Shown here piece by piece: positions 63,221 through 64,000 of a DNA stretch of 64,000 bases (the stretch's first letter is position 1; each line of letters opens with the position of its first letter). Below the pieces are notes generated by a model. That model worked only from the letters and a program-made list of their open reading frames with translations, had not been told where the DNA came from and did not search any database. The stretch is from the IMG/VR virus record IMGVR_UViG_3300032092_000024; one strand, written 5' to 3'. This DNA is from an uncultured virus (IMG/VR IMGVR_UViG_3300032092_000024). Taxonomy: Duplodnaviria > Heunggongvirae > Uroviricota > Caudoviricetes. The translations under genes and the position numbers were made by a program.

Positions 63221-64000
63221 TTATGCCATGTTCGGGATTTCTCCCATTGCGAACATCTCCATTTGAATCTGGGGTCTGCCTATGTTTGCCCCCTCTACTT
63301 CTTTCAATTCTTCTTGTAGAAGGGCAAGAGCTTTTCCTTCATACTGAGCAGCTTCTTCCAGGTTATTGTTTTCTTCTTTTTCAATGGCGATCGCCATCAT
63401 CTTTAAAGCTCCAAGATTGGTCACGATTAAATCGTCGTCATCGCTTACTGCGGGAATAAACTTTCTTTTTGCAAGCACGGTCACAGTAGCTCCCCCTTCA
63501 CTTTCAAATCCAGGAATTGCGTAGCGTCGATATTGAGGCAAAGTCTCGCTGGGCGCAAGTATGGCGATGCAGGACTCAGAACCCGTGGTCGGATCAACTG
63601 CATAGACACGGACCCAACCTTTCGTTGCAGTTTTGTTTATGGCATCGATGGATCGGAAAGCATTAACTGTGGTGCGGGGGAGTTCTGTTGTTGTCAGGGA
63701 TGGCGTAAAGGTTGCTTGCCAGGGATAATTACTGTTACCAGAAGAAATTGCAACCTGGGTGCTAGATGCATTTAAAACGCGCCAAACAGATGCATTATTC
63801 GATATAATCCAACCCTCAAGATTTCTATACTTGGGCTTTGAATTTTCGGTTGTAAAAAAAGCGAACACAGAATTTCCATCAGTGTTGGAACCAGTAAATC
63901 CAGAAACCAACACGCTGGAATTACCAGAGCCGGCGCTCAAGTTCAAACGCTCGCCGTCGATCATAGCGCCACCCTCCTGCGTCTGAACCCGGTTATTGTA
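63221..64000 (-). CDS. Tail/adaptor structural protein (5' end outside window)
   Basis: Frame is open to 64000; P.ET.P.YRRY and helical C-terminus; precedes the ejection genes. Confidence 0.5.
   Translation of the reverse strand, partial: YNNRVQTQEGGAMIDGERLNLSAGSGNSSVLVSGFTGSNTDGNSVFAFFTTENSKPKYRNLEGWIISNNASVWRVLNASSTQVAISSGNSNYPWQATFTPSLTTTELPRTTVNAFRSIDAINKTATKGWVRVYAVDPTTGSESCIAILAPSETLPQYRRYAIPGFESEGGATVTVLAKRKFIPAVSDDDDLIVTNLGALKMMAIAIEKEENNNLEEAAQYEGKALALLQEELKEVEGANIGRPQIQMEMFAMGEIPNMA

Noticed and set aside
1..64000. Stop-codon reassignment, introns/inteins, DGR or retron RT, integrase, DNA methyltransferase
   Set aside because: Core genes read through intact in the standard code and I recognised no such motifs; they could lie outside the window.

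Overview
The window looks like most of a tailed dsDNA phage genome with podovirus-like gene content and a probably diderm host (a spanin-like lipoprotein is present). It is cut inside the structural region. Minus strand 1-12.3 kb: TerL, portal, scaffold, major capsid, small virion proteins, lysis cassette, a free-standing PD-(D/E)XK endonuclease and a Gly-rich fibre. Plus strand 12.3-24.1 kb: resolvase, SF2 helicase, split Cas4-like exonuclease, putative SSB, family A DNA polymerase, primase-helicase, then 3D-domain, L-lectin and HtrA genes. Next come an iteron-like non-coding region (24.2-24.5 kb), an isolated fibre gene and two glycosyltransferases. A plus-strand early region (29-42.6 kb) carries rIIA/rIIB, gp88-like, histone-fold-like and Ogg2-like genes. 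The minus strand 42.7-64 kb carries small basic proteins sharing an (P/G)LGK terminal tag, a GH73 glucosaminidase, a 4288-aa polyvalent protein and other probable ejection and tail proteins. Strongest unexplained signals: a ~14 kb zone almost free of CCGG and free of GGATC that coincides with the early region; the MPLGK tag cluster; several structured RNA candidates. I saw no integrase, RT, CRISPR array or canonical tRNA. All family calls come from recognising motifs by eye, not from database searches.
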